64,000 bases of DNA, taken from NCBI GenBank assembly GCA_964463925.1, contig CAYXDV010000001.1, positions 99,860 to 163,859 on the forward strand. Reading direction: 5' to 3'. The stretch's first letter is position 1, and each line of letters opens with the position of its first letter. Source of the DNA: an uncultured Gammaproteobacteria bacterium (lineage in GTDB: Bacteria; Patescibacteriota; Microgenomatia; UBA12405). The notes under the pieces were generated by a model. The model searched no databases. It was not told the DNA's origin and saw nothing but the letters and a program-made list of their open reading frames with translations. Shown here piece by piece: positions 18,608 through 27,458 of the stretch. Made by a program: the position numbers and the translations under genes.

Positions 18608-20524
18608 TTATTTGCGTAAACGGCGAACTCGTTGATCTGTTTTTCTAATCATGGCTTCTAATGTTCCGTCTTGTTGGCATGAAAATGCAATCTGAGTTGC
18701 TGTAAATATGTCTTGTGTTTCGGAAAAAGTTGCTGCGGGGATAGGCATGCTTAGTCCCGGTACTAGTGTTATGGATTGGCCTCCTTCTGCAGCTTCACGA
18801 TAGTTAACTTTTCCTTGCTCAGCATATACACCACCAGGAAAACCAACACCAACATCTATTCCCTGTGGAGTAATCTGGTATCCAACTATAGAAGATCTGC
18901 TGCCTATTACTACGTTACAATTAACTCCACTTTCTTGTCTTACATTTTGCTGTCCGATAAAAGGAGATCTGTTTGACCCAGATTGATTTGAGCCATCGAG
19001 AACCATTAGTGTCGTGGAGTTAATTCTAGATCTATACGCCAAGGTAAGTAAACTCTCATGTGTAATCAATGGAGTTGTTGGTAAATTTTTCTTAATTTCT
19101 TCACTTGGCCGAAGTGGTTCAGATCCTGGTATTTGTTTGGCCCATCGTTGGTCTCTGAATTCACTGCCGAGCATAAATCCTAGCATAGAAAGATCATGAG
19201 GATGTGTTTTTTCTAATAAATCAGCCAAAACCTCTTGCCTGTCTGGTCTATTTGGGACATTTCTTTCCAACATATTACCTAAAAATAAGAATGATCTTCC
19301 TGCTAGGCTAAAATAGTTCATGTGTTCAAGTATTGGCTCTTGGGGCGTAGTTCCACTACCCCATCGACCATTCGCTATAAATCCTATTGTGATAGGTGAA
19401 GCAGGGAGGGTGTAATCCAATCTTTTATATAACATGTCTTGTTTTACCCTAGTGCCTTTTGTACCCATGCCGTCTCTGGATGTTTGAGGATGGAAAATTG
19501 GTTTACTGTTTGGGTTTCTTCTTAAAGCTTTATTTAAACAATTATCTATTTCATTTAACCTGACTAAATTGTCCCAAAGGTGTATTGCTGGTCCCAAAAC
19601 CATTTGGATATCGTGTTCGGTTGTAATGAAAGCATGCGAACGAACAGTACCGATATTCCTGGGTATTACGGTTTGAACAACACCCGGCGGGCCATATGGT
19701 GGTTTGCCTTCTGCGACCCTATGCAGATCTATCGGAGACTCACTACTGGCATATTTGTAAGTACCACCGGTCACAAGAGTAATACCGATATCATGGCCAG
19801 TTATCATGTCTTTTCTCACTATTCTAGTAGCTGCTTTTCTGTGATGGTGTCCGGCTGTGGCAGTATGTACATATTTAGGATCGTCTAGCTTGGGACCTGA
19901 CTTTACATTCCGCCACAAATGTCCTGTCGGATTTATATCGGAACTTCCACTACCCGCATTATGCCAGATCCTCTCTTTATATATTGAGCCATTTTCAAAT
20001 TCAACATACAAAGAACCACCATTTTGTATGATTCTATCTTCTATTCCTAGTCCTTTTGCAATTAGATAGGTAGTTTCCATTAGAGCATTTTTTCTGGCCC
20101 AAGGTCCGTGACCATTATAGTTATCTACAATAGTCCAAATTTTTGCAGCAACTGGTAATAAAATTTTTATGACATCTTCCACTTGTTTGTGCGCGTGAAC
20201 TACAACTCTAGCCATATTGGTGTCTACAAATGCTGGATTAGACCCTTCCATCTCATCCCCGACAAGTATTATTCTTGCATTTGGGTTTTTATATATCTCT
20301 GTTACTGTTTTTAACAGTAATCCGTAGTCTGTTGAATCTGAACCAATATGCATGTCTGATAAATAGTAGACTGCTACTGGTCCTGTAGTCGTCTCTCTGG
20401 CTACGACAGTTGGTTTGGAATATAAGGAATCTCTTGCATGTTCTTCTGCTTGTGCTGCTCTATGCATCAATAGGTCAAGCGAATTTTTGTATCTTGATTT
20501 AAGTTCTGCTTCTGTAATTTTCAT
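18608..20524 (-). CDS. calcineurin-like metallophosphoesterase domain protein (638 aa) with an uncharacterised G/S/N-rich C-terminal half
   Basis: N-terminal MPP motifs SDMHIG (D-x-H), GDEMEG, YNGHG, TAGHHH, TGHDIG; no signal peptide; local GC about 42% versus about 33-38% in neighbours; preceded by an NrdR-box-like palindrome. Confidence 0.55.
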   Translation of the reverse strand: MKITEAELKSRYKNSLDLLMHRAAQAEEHARDSLYSKPTVVARETTTGPVAVYYLSDMHIGSDSTDYGLLLKTVTEIYKNPNARIILVGDEMEGSNPAFVDTNMARVVVHAHKQVEDVIKILLPVAAKIWTIVDNYNGHGPWARKNALMETTYLIAKGLGIEDRIIQNGGSLYVEFENGSIYKERIWHNAGSGSSDINPTGHLWRNVKSGPKLDDPKYVHTATAGHHHRKAATRIVRKDMITGHDIGITLVTGGTYKYASSESPIDLHRVAEGKPPYGPPGVVQTVIPRNIGTVRSHAFITTEHDIQMVLGPAIHLWDNLVRLNEIDNCLNKALRRNPNSKPIFHPQTSRDGMGTKGTRVKQDMLYKRLDYTLPASPITIGFIANGRWGSGTTPQEPILEHMNYFSLAGRSFLFLGNMLERNVPNRPDRQEVLADLLEKTHPHDLSMLGFMLGSEFRDQRWAKQIPGSEPLRPSEEIKKNLPTTPLITHESLLTLAYRSRINSTTLMVLDGSNQSGSNRSPFIGQQNVRQESGVNCNVVIGSRSSIVGYQITPQGIDVGVGFPGGVYAEQGKVNYREAAEGGQSITLVPGLSMPIPAATFSETQDIFTATQIAFSCQQDGTLEAMIRKTDQRVRRLRK

Positions 20525-20551
20525 GCTTTGTAGTACTTTTTAATTATTACA

Positions 20552-20567
20552 ACACTAAGTGTAGTGT
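20552..20567. promoter_or_regulatory. NrdR-box-like palindrome ACACTAAGTGTAGTGT
   Basis: Perfect 6-bp arms ACACTA/TAGTGT with a 4-bp spacer, 28-43 nt upstream of the 20524 ATG and followed by a TAATAAT -10-like element; arms match the NrdR box consensus. Confidence 0.45.
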
Positions 20568-20646
20568 TTTGGAGTGCAGAGAAAAGCGGGTAAAAATGTA
20601 TCACTATGGGTCAAGTGAAAGATTGAAACTGGAAGTGTGATGGGTA

Positions 20647-20961
20647 CTATTTTTTTGCTTTATGACCTTTTGGAAAGATTGCTGAATGAGTTGTCCAAGC
20701 TTCGGAGAACTTATCATTTTCTATATGGAGTAAAACAAATTGATGTTCACCATTTAATTCGAAAATAGCAGAAATTCGGTTTCCTTCTTCCAGAACATCA
20801 TAAATATTTACAATAGGTTCTTTGCTGGTTTTGGTCATATTGTCGCCAACTAAAGTATACGAAAATTCCGGTGCAAAAAATTCTTCAGCTTTAACGGAAT
20901 CTTTCTGGATAAACATGGTTTTTATATAGCCATTTAGCATCTGCTTGAGGTTGTTGTACAT
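20647..20961 (-). CDS. hypothetical protein (possibly NTF2-like fold)
   Basis: 104 aa; the fold guess rests on weak alpha+beta pattern similarity only. Confidence 0.35.
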   Translation of the reverse strand: MYNNLKQMLNGYIKTMFIQKDSVKAEEFFAPEFSYTLVGDNMTKTSKEPIVNIYDVLEEGNRISAIFELNGEHQFVLLHIENDKFSEAWTTHSAIFPKGHKAKK

Positions 20962-21001
20962 GCTTTATTTTAGCATATTTTTCGGATTTTTACTAAAAAA
21001 G

Positions 21002-21481
21002 TTAATTTTGAGTTCGTGCAAGTAAGAACAAAAAATCTGAAAGACGGTTCAGATAAATTAAGAACCCTTTGTTAATCAGCTGATTGTTTTCTAAAGTTAT
21101 CAAATCACGTTCTGACCTTCTGGCTATGGTACGACAGATGTGGGAGATAGCCTCTGCCTCGTTTTTTCCAGGAGTAATAAATTTTGATAAAACAGGAAGA
21201 TTGTCTTCAAACTGTTTTATTTTTCTTTCTATTAAACTTATTGAAGTCTCGATTGAAGAATAAGGAATTTGGTAGGCTAGTTCGCCTGATATTCCCCATA
21301 GGTCCAATTGGATTTGGTTTAAAACTTGTTGGTAATCTGGGAGTTTTACTTTTAGTAATCCCAAAAATGATTGTAATTCGTCAAGACTGCCGACGCATTG
21401 CAAAAGCGGGCTGTTTTTAGCCACTTTTTTTCCTTGCCAGTGACTGTACCCGTTGTCACCTGTTTTGGTGGTAATGGGCAT
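21002..21481 (-). CDS. pduO: PduO-type ATP:cob(I)alamin adenosyltransferase
   Basis: N-terminal ITTKTGDNGYS matches the PduO/MMAB TKTGDxGxT motif; 159 aa; its ATG overlaps the nrdJ stop (TAATG). Confidence 0.8.
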   Translation of the reverse strand: MPITTKTGDNGYSHWQGKKVAKNSPLLQCVGSLDELQSFLGLLKVKLPDYQQVLNQIQLDLWGISGELAYQIPYSSIETSISLIERKIKQFEDNLPVLSKFITPGKNEAEAISHICRTIARRSERDLITLENNQLINKGFLIYLNRLSDFLFLLARTQN

Positions 21482-23727
21482 TAGATTTCACAAGCACCAC
21501 CCACGCAAGCAAACTCTTTGGCACCTTTGGTATTATCAGCTTGTTCGTAGCTGACTAACTTTGAAAAATCTACATTGGCTGTACGTAGGAGTAATTTTTT
21601 ATATGTAGCTTGGTCGATTTCTTCATATGGAGCCAATTGATAATTATGTTCTGATTTTGGCAGAAAAGTTAGGCCACTAATTTCATCAAAATTTTTGTAT
21701 ACCCAATCCCCTACTTCTAGCCATTCTTGCGGTTCTACATAAATAGTGGCACTGGGATTATGTTCAGTAAAATTCTGCTTAATCATTTTCCAATGTTCTA
21801 GCATATCAAGAGCTGTTAGGTCATGTCTTGTAATGGCACCAGGAGGTGCTTTGATGGGGAATTCTAAGACGTAAGTGGTAGCGTTGGCTTCGGTTTGGCC
21901 AACTTCTGGGTGGTAGGGTACGCCTTGATCTTTGAGCATGGTAAACAATGGGTCAGTTGCCATAATGCGAACTCGTCTAATATAATATTTGGCGTATCTT
22001 GGGTGCATTCCAGATGCAGTATCAAGGAGCTGTGAAGAATTGCCAGATGGTTTGACGCAGGTCACACAAGTTGACGGGTTGATACCTATTTTTTCGGAAA
22101 ATTCTTTATTGGCCTTGATTGCTAAATCACGCATTTGTTTAAGTATTTTTTCGGAGCGGATTAATTTATTATCAAAATAGCCAGTAAAAGAGACACCGAG
22201 AAGAGCTTCTTCCTGGCAATTTTTCTTCCACTCTGGAGATAGATAGACAAATTTGGTTAGAGCAGCTTGATAAGTACCTAGGAGGCTGGCAATTCTGGTT
22301 TTGCGCAATAAATTTTTTAAATCATCTTCTTGTCTAACTATGACGCTAGTTAAATTGCAGAATTGTTTGGATCTTAGAATTATCTCGCCACAGGGATTGG
22401 TTCCACAAGAATTCAGGTGTTTCTCGAAGGATTCCCAACGACGTTTTGGTAATTGATTTTTCAGTCCAGAGCGGTTGAATATTCCTCTCTCGCCTGAGCC
22501 TGATTTAGCTAGGGATAGCCATTCTTCCATAAATTCAACTGATGAAGGTTTTGTGTTGTAAATGGCTGAATTGTTGGCCATTGAACGCTGGCCGTTTGTA
22601 AGCCAGAATTGTCCATCTTTGGCATGACGCATGTCAACATCATTGAGATCAGATAAAGAGATCATGGCGCTTCGCCTAACCCCTCCAGCAACGACAATTT
22701 CTCCTATTTTACAGGCAATATCGTGCCAATCTAGGCTGGATAATTTTCCGTTCTGATGAGCAAGTATTCTTTCTTTTGTAAATTGCATTAGTTCGACTAG
22801 AGGTTCTGGGCCAGAAGCACGCCCGCCCATGGTTTTGAGTCGTGAGCCTTTGGGTCTTACTTGGCTGTAATCAAAATCAATATCGTTTCCTTCAAACCAA
22901 GTCTTTAAGGCCAAAACATAAGCATCTGCCCACCCTTCTTTACTATCCCCGACTTTGTGGGTTGGCAGCTTTTTACCGGTTTGGGCTTGGATTGTAGGAA
23001 AGCTATCAGCTACTGAACGTTCCACGGAAAAACCAACACCTGTACCACACATGGAGATATACATGATTTCACCAAAATCCTGAAAAGTGGTTGGTTTTAT
23101 GTAGGAGCAGTTGTAAGCGGTTACATTTGAGTTTTTTGCAGCTAAACCGCTAGACCAGATTAAGCGCATGCTTGGTATAACTTCTTGATTTAGAATGGCT
23201 TCACGACATTCAGTGTAATTCTCTTTTGTCAGTTTATTGCCCAAATTATCTTTCATAAAATCCATAAAACGATCTACAGTTTCTACCCAAGTTTCTCGAC
23301 GCCCCTTTTCTGGTATCCACCGGGCATAGCTAGCATAGTATACGAACTCAGATAAAGGATTACGAAAATAATTTTTAGATTGTTCTTTGATGGCTTTTTT
23401 TACTTCATCGTTTATAATCACACCTCCAGCTTTACGAACTTCCTCCCGTTTCTGACGGTATAGGATATAAGCTTTGGCTGTGTCATAAAAGCCGTATTTC
23501 ATTAGCGCCTTTTCTACGCTATCTTGAACATTTTCCACAGTTGGAATTGTTCCATTTGGAAAAGTTTTTTTTATTTCTTCTACTACATCAGAAGTCATTT
23601 TTTTGACAACTGAATTCTTTGGGATAATGTTGGTGGCCAACATTGCTTTATTAATGGCAAGGGTAATTTTCTGTGGATCGAAAACTACAACCTCACCTGT
23701 TCGTTTTTGGATTTTGTTTTGAAACAT
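21481..23727 (-). CDS. nrdJ: ribonucleoside-diphosphate/triphosphate reductase, class II (adenosylcobalamin-dependent)
   Basis: N-terminal ATP-cone, 748 aa, catalytic Cys/Asn/Glu regions, C-terminal CVGGACEI redox Cys pair typical of NrdJ. Confidence 0.85.
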   Translation of the reverse strand: MFQNKIQKRTGEVVVFDPQKITLAINKAMLATNIIPKNSVVKKMTSDVVEEIKKTFPNGTIPTVENVQDSVEKALMKYGFYDTAKAYILYRQKREEVRKAGGVIINDEVKKAIKEQSKNYFRNPLSEFVYYASYARWIPEKGRRETWVETVDRFMDFMKDNLGNKLTKENYTECREAILNQEVIPSMRLIWSSGLAAKNSNVTAYNCSYIKPTTFQDFGEIMYISMCGTGVGFSVERSVADSFPTIQAQTGKKLPTHKVGDSKEGWADAYVLALKTWFEGNDIDFDYSQVRPKGSRLKTMGGRASGPEPLVELMQFTKERILAHQNGKLSSLDWHDIACKIGEIVVAGGVRRSAMISLSDLNDVDMRHAKDGQFWLTNGQRSMANNSAIYNTKPSSVEFMEEWLSLAKSGSGERGIFNRSGLKNQLPKRRWESFEKHLNSCGTNPCGEIILRSKQFCNLTSVIVRQEDDLKNLLRKTRIASLLGTYQAALTKFVYLSPEWKKNCQEEALLGVSFTGYFDNKLIRSEKILKQMRDLAIKANKEFSEKIGINPSTCVTCVKPSGNSSQLLDTASGMHPRYAKYYIRRVRIMATDPLFTMLKDQGVPYHPEVGQTEANATTYVLEFPIKAPPGAITRHDLTALDMLEHWKMIKQNFTEHNPSATIYVEPQEWLEVGDWVYKNFDEISGLTFLPKSEHNYQLAPYEEIDQATYKKLLLRTANVDFSKLVSYEQADNTKGAKEFACVGGACEI

Positions 23728-23748
23728 AGTGTGTATTATCTACAATAG

Positions 23749-23764
23749 ATACTATGGGTAGTGT
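23749..23764. promoter_or_regulatory. NrdR-box-like palindrome (minus strand ACACTACCCATAGTAT)
   Basis: ACACTA-N4-TAGTAT imperfect palindrome 22-37 nt upstream of the nrdJ start, followed by a TAGATAAT -10-like element. Confidence 0.4.
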
Positions 23765-23866
23765 TTGGCAAGTGGTTAAATGTAATATAAAAGGGATCAT
23801 GAAATAAAAGCAAAAGGACAACGTATTAGTTTATGCAATTGCCAATTATTTATTAACTAAAAATTT

Positions 23867-24517
23867 ATGAAATTAAGAAATCTTAAGCATGTTGCTCCGG
23901 TTGTTGGTTTGGCTGGTTACCTGGCGCTTGGGGTAGTTAGCACAAATGCTATTTCTCCTGAAATGCGCAGAGAAGCGGCAAGAGAATGGAAAACTGAGGT
24001 GAAAGTTGTAAAGAAAGCGAATAAACCGATTTTGATGAATGCAGATGTTAGTAGTGTTTCTGGCAGTACCATTATGGCAACCAGGGATGGCAAAACATAC
24101 ACCATAAACACAACTACAAGTACTATTTTTGCTCGTAAATTCGGTGGAAAATCTAGTATATCTGAATTTATGGCTGGTGATAAAGTAAATGTTCGTGGAG
24201 TTGCCACAGATGATACGGGGTTGGTAATTAATGCAACTTATATAAAAGATATTTCTATTTTTAAGAGACAGGCAGCTTTTAATGGGAATATAAAATCAAT
24301 TTCTGATACTACTTTGGTAATTACCACTGTTAGCAAAGGTGATCAGACAATGGTTTTAGATAGCGAGACAAAGTTGGTTAATAAAATGGGTAAAGTAATT
24401 ACCAAAGATCAGCTAATGACTGGCGATAAGGTGTCTGTATTTGGAGTATGGAATTCTCAACAAAACAGAATGATTGAGACAGACAGATTGAGAGATATGT
24501 CTATTCCAAGAGTGTAA
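23867..24517 (+). CDS. secreted protein with two tandem repeat domains (DUF5666-like)
   Basis: Signal peptide MKLRNLKHVAPVVGLAGYLALGVVSTNA; two repeats containing a GDKV-x-V-x-G motif. Confidence 0.5.
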   Translation: MKLRNLKHVAPVVGLAGYLALGVVSTNAISPEMRREAAREWKTEVKVVKKANKPILMNADVSSVSGSTIMATRDGKTYTINTTTSTIFARKFGGKSSISEFMAGDKVNVRGVATDDTGLVINATYIKDISIFKRQAAFNGNIKSISDTTLVITTVSKGDQTMVLDSETKLVNKMGKVITKDQLMTGDKVSVFGVWNSQQNRMIETDRLRDMSIPRV

Positions 24518-24581
24518 TGTAGATAAATCAGGCAAACGATACTTGATTTAAGTGTCGTTTGCCTGATTGTATGGATGAGAC

Positions 24582-25178
24582 TTACTTAATTAAACAGTGG
24601 CTCCAAAGACCAAGGTTTTTATCTTGGGCATCGAGTTGAAACTGGCGAAATTCAGATTGATATTTGTGGGCAATTTTTTGATAAGTGTATTCACGGGCAA
24701 AACCGTTTTGAATTAGGTACTTCCCTATCGATAAGTGATCGGATGCTCGGTAAACATAACGTAGTTCGCGTCCGTATTTGTCTATTAAATTTTTTGGTGA
24801 GTCAATTTCTAAATAGACACTTTGTCTATCTAGAAGAGAGTGTGTTGCCTTGCTTGCTTCTGGACCCCAGCAAGCTTGTTGCCGATAGGGACCATTTACT
24901 TCTGGAGTGTCCAAGCCGACAAAACGAATTGTAGTTGGGATGTCGTTAATACTGACTACGATAGTGTCACCATCATCTACTTTAATTACTGTGTATGGGC
25001 CTTCTAAATTTAAGACCAAAGTTGGTGTCGGATTTAATTGATGGGTTTGGATTTGGGTATTTGTTGTCTCCAGCTTATTTTGGTGTGACAGTAAATATTG
25101 GATAATTAAAAGACAGAATAATATTAACAATAGAAACAGTCGCCTGTTAGATATGTTCATTTTTGACATTGTGGACAA
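24582..25178 (-). CDS. membrane-anchored thermonuclease (staphylococcal nuclease/SNase family)
   Basis: N-terminal TM anchor; DGDTIVV...RFVGLDTPE...GRELRYVY...A.G SNase core motifs. Confidence 0.75.
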   Translation of the reverse strand: MSTMSKMNISNRRLFLLLILFCLLIIQYLLSHQNKLETTNTQIQTHQLNPTPTLVLNLEGPYTVIKVDDGDTIVVSINDIPTTIRFVGLDTPEVNGPYRQQACWGPEASKATHSLLDRQSVYLEIDSPKNLIDKYGRELRYVYRASDHLSIGKYLIQNGFAREYTYQKIAHKYQSEFRQFQLDAQDKNLGLWSHCLIK

Positions 25179-26044
25179 TAAACAGTAGTACGTCCTTTTA
25201 ATTTAATACTTTTTAAAATGTGGTTGCAAATTAAACACGGCTTTCCTCCCCTACCGTAGACTTTATGTTCCCGGACATAGTTACCCTGGCTGCCATCTGC
25301 TAATAGATAATTAGCAATAGAAGAACCACCCAAAGATATGGCTTTATTAAGGATTTTCTGTATACCATAAAACAAAAGTTTTTTTTCTGAGGTAGTAAGA
25401 GTTTGACAATTTCTAGTTGGTAGAACTTTGGCATAAAAACAAACTTCATCAGCATAAATATTACCTAGGCCTACAACAACCTTTTGATCCAAAAGGACGC
25501 TTTTTAAGGTTGTTTTTTTACTTTCCATAGCTTGGCTGAATTTAGTGAGACTAAAGTTAGCATCTAGTGGCTCTGGCCCAAGATGGGCAAAATGGTTACC
25601 TGAATATAAAGAATCAGAATCTGCAAAGAATAAGAGATAACCAAACTGACGAATATCATTATAATACAAAGTGCCTTCGTTTAGGGTAAAAATCAAGTGA
25701 GTATGTTTGCTTGGAAGTTGTAAATTGTTAATTGGATGTCCTCCGGAAATCTGTTTTTTGCTATCTTGATAAACTAATTGACCCGTCATTTTTAAATGAA
25801 CTAGCATGATTTTTCCAGATTTAAAAATAAATATTAGGTTTTTGGCTCTTCTCTGAACATCTTGAATTGTTTCGTTTGTCAGTTGTGAAATAAATTGCTT
25901 GGTTTTTTCTTCGTTGACTGATCTTATGGTTCCACGAGAACTGACCAATTTTGGTTTTGTAATTTGGATCTTGGTAATTGTTTTTTCTTGGACAAAAGGT
26001 ATAAGACTTCGTCTTAGACTTTCAACTTCTGGAAGTTCTGGCAT
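25157..26044 (-). CDS. mutM: formamidopyrimidine-DNA glycosylase (Fpg/MutM)
   Basis: N-terminal MPELPEVE (catalytic Pro2, Glu3), H2TH region, C-terminal C4 zinc finger CLICN...CPQCQ. Confidence 0.9.
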   Translation of the reverse strand: MPELPEVESLRRSLIPFVQEKTITKIQITKPKLVSSRGTIRSVNEEKTKQFISQLTNETIQDVQRRAKNLIFIFKSGKIMLVHLKMTGQLVYQDSKKQISGGHPINNLQLPSKHTHLIFTLNEGTLYYNDIRQFGYLLFFADSDSLYSGNHFAHLGPEPLDANFSLTKFSQAMESKKTTLKSVLLDQKVVVGLGNIYADEVCFYAKVLPTRNCQTLTTSEKKLLFYGIQKILNKAISLGGSSIANYLLADGSQGNYVREHKVYGRGGKPCLICNHILKSIKLKGRTTVYCPQCQK

Positions 26045-26052
26045 AATAAGAT

Positions 26053-27294
26053 GTGTCGATTAAACAGTGGTTAATTTTAGCAGGACTGTTTGCACTGCGT
26101 GTTTTTAATTTGAATCAGTCTTTGTGGTTAGATGAAGCAATTACTGCTCAAAAGGCGAAGTTATTGGATTATTGGCAGCTAGTGGAAAAATTTTCTATTT
26201 GGGATTTCCACCCTCCACTGCACTATTGGCTGGTTAGGTTTTTTGGTTCAGCATTTGGCTTTGGTGAAGTTTGGATTCGTTTGCCATCAGTTTTAGCAGC
26301 GATAGTTGTTGCTTATGTTTTGTATAAAATGGCTGGTTGGTGGGCTAGTGCTTTGTGGCTAGCCAATCCCCTTGCCCTTTATTATAGCCAAGAAGCAAGG
26401 ATGTATATGCTTTCCTGTATGTTTTTAGTATTGACTTGGTGGGGGTTGAATCAAAAAAAATGCTGGTCTGGCCTAACGGCATTTTTTGCTTTATCGACCT
26501 TTTACGGCAGTATTTTTTTTCTAGGAGCTCTGCTCTTGATATATTGGAAAGAGAAAAACAAACTACTATACGGATTTGTTTTGGCTGGGGTTTGCTGGTC
26601 GGGTTTATTGTTTGGGCAATGGCAAAATTCTAGACAGAGTTTGGTTGAGGTAAAGAATTGGAGTTTGGTATTGGGTAGAGTGGAATTTAGAAATTTGGCT
26701 TTGATTCCTTTGAAATTTTTTGTTGGAAGAATTAGTTTCGAGCCAAAGTTGTTGTATTTTTTTGTGGGAGGGCTGTGGTCGGTATTCTGTTTGGTTTTAG
26801 GCTTCTTTAAAAGTAAGAGAGAGCTAATAATAATTCCTCTTGCATTGGCAGTTGTAGTTTCTTTTTGGGCGCCAATGATTCAATATTTTAGATTTTTGTA
26901 TTTAGTACCTGTGTTTATTGTCGGCTTAAGTCAATACCCTACCAAGTTAAAATTTGTGGTTTTGACTGGTTTTGTATTTTGGAGTTTGTTTTATATATTA
27001 AATAGTAATAATTGGCGCGAAGATTGGAAAAGCCTTGCTAACTCCTTGCCATTAGGGGCTACTATCTACATGTCGGAAAATTTTGGTGATCCTTTAAAAT
27101 ATTACCGACCAGATTTGGTAGTACAAGATTTGAAAAAAAGTGACAGAAATACGCTAGGAGTAGTGTATGCGACCAATTATGGAGTTAATATTATGGGAAT
27201 TGATTATACTGAGAGTATGAGTAAATTAGGGTGCCTAGAGAATGAGCAAAAAAGTTTTAGAGGTATTAGACTTGACCGCTGGACGTGTAATTAA
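26053..27294 (+). CDS. GT-C family glycosyltransferase (GT39/ArnT-like)
   Basis: Polytopic membrane protein; N-terminal LWLDEAI...FHPPLHYW...GFGE motif pattern typical of GT39/GT83 PMT-ArnT-like enzymes. Confidence 0.6.
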   Translation: MSIKQWLILAGLFALRVFNLNQSLWLDEAITAQKAKLLDYWQLVEKFSIWDFHPPLHYWLVRFFGSAFGFGEVWIRLPSVLAAIVVAYVLYKMAGWWASALWLANPLALYYSQEARMYMLSCMFLVLTWWGLNQKKCWSGLTAFFALSTFYGSIFFLGALLLIYWKEKNKLLYGFVLAGVCWSGLLFGQWQNSRQSLVEVKNWSLVLGRVEFRNLALIPLKFFVGRISFEPKLLYFFVGGLWSVFCLVLGFFKSKRELIIIPLALAVVVSFWAPMIQYFRFLYLVPVFIVGLSQYPTKLKFVVLTGFVFWSLFYILNSNNWREDWKSLANSLPLGATIYMSENFGDPLKYYRPDLVVQDLKKSDRNTLGVVYATNYGVNIMGIDYTESMSKLGCLENEQKSFRGIRLDRWTCN

Positions 27295-27458
27295 GGTAGT
27301 TGAACAGGATGGCTATCTAAGGTTACTTTATCTTTGGAAATTGAACTCTTGGCAAGGAGAGTAAGACTAAGGCCAAACAAAGCCACAAGGGCAAGAATGG
27401 TTAGCATGGGTATAGATTTTTGCAAATGTTTGGTCATAATTTATAGGCCATTATTGCT

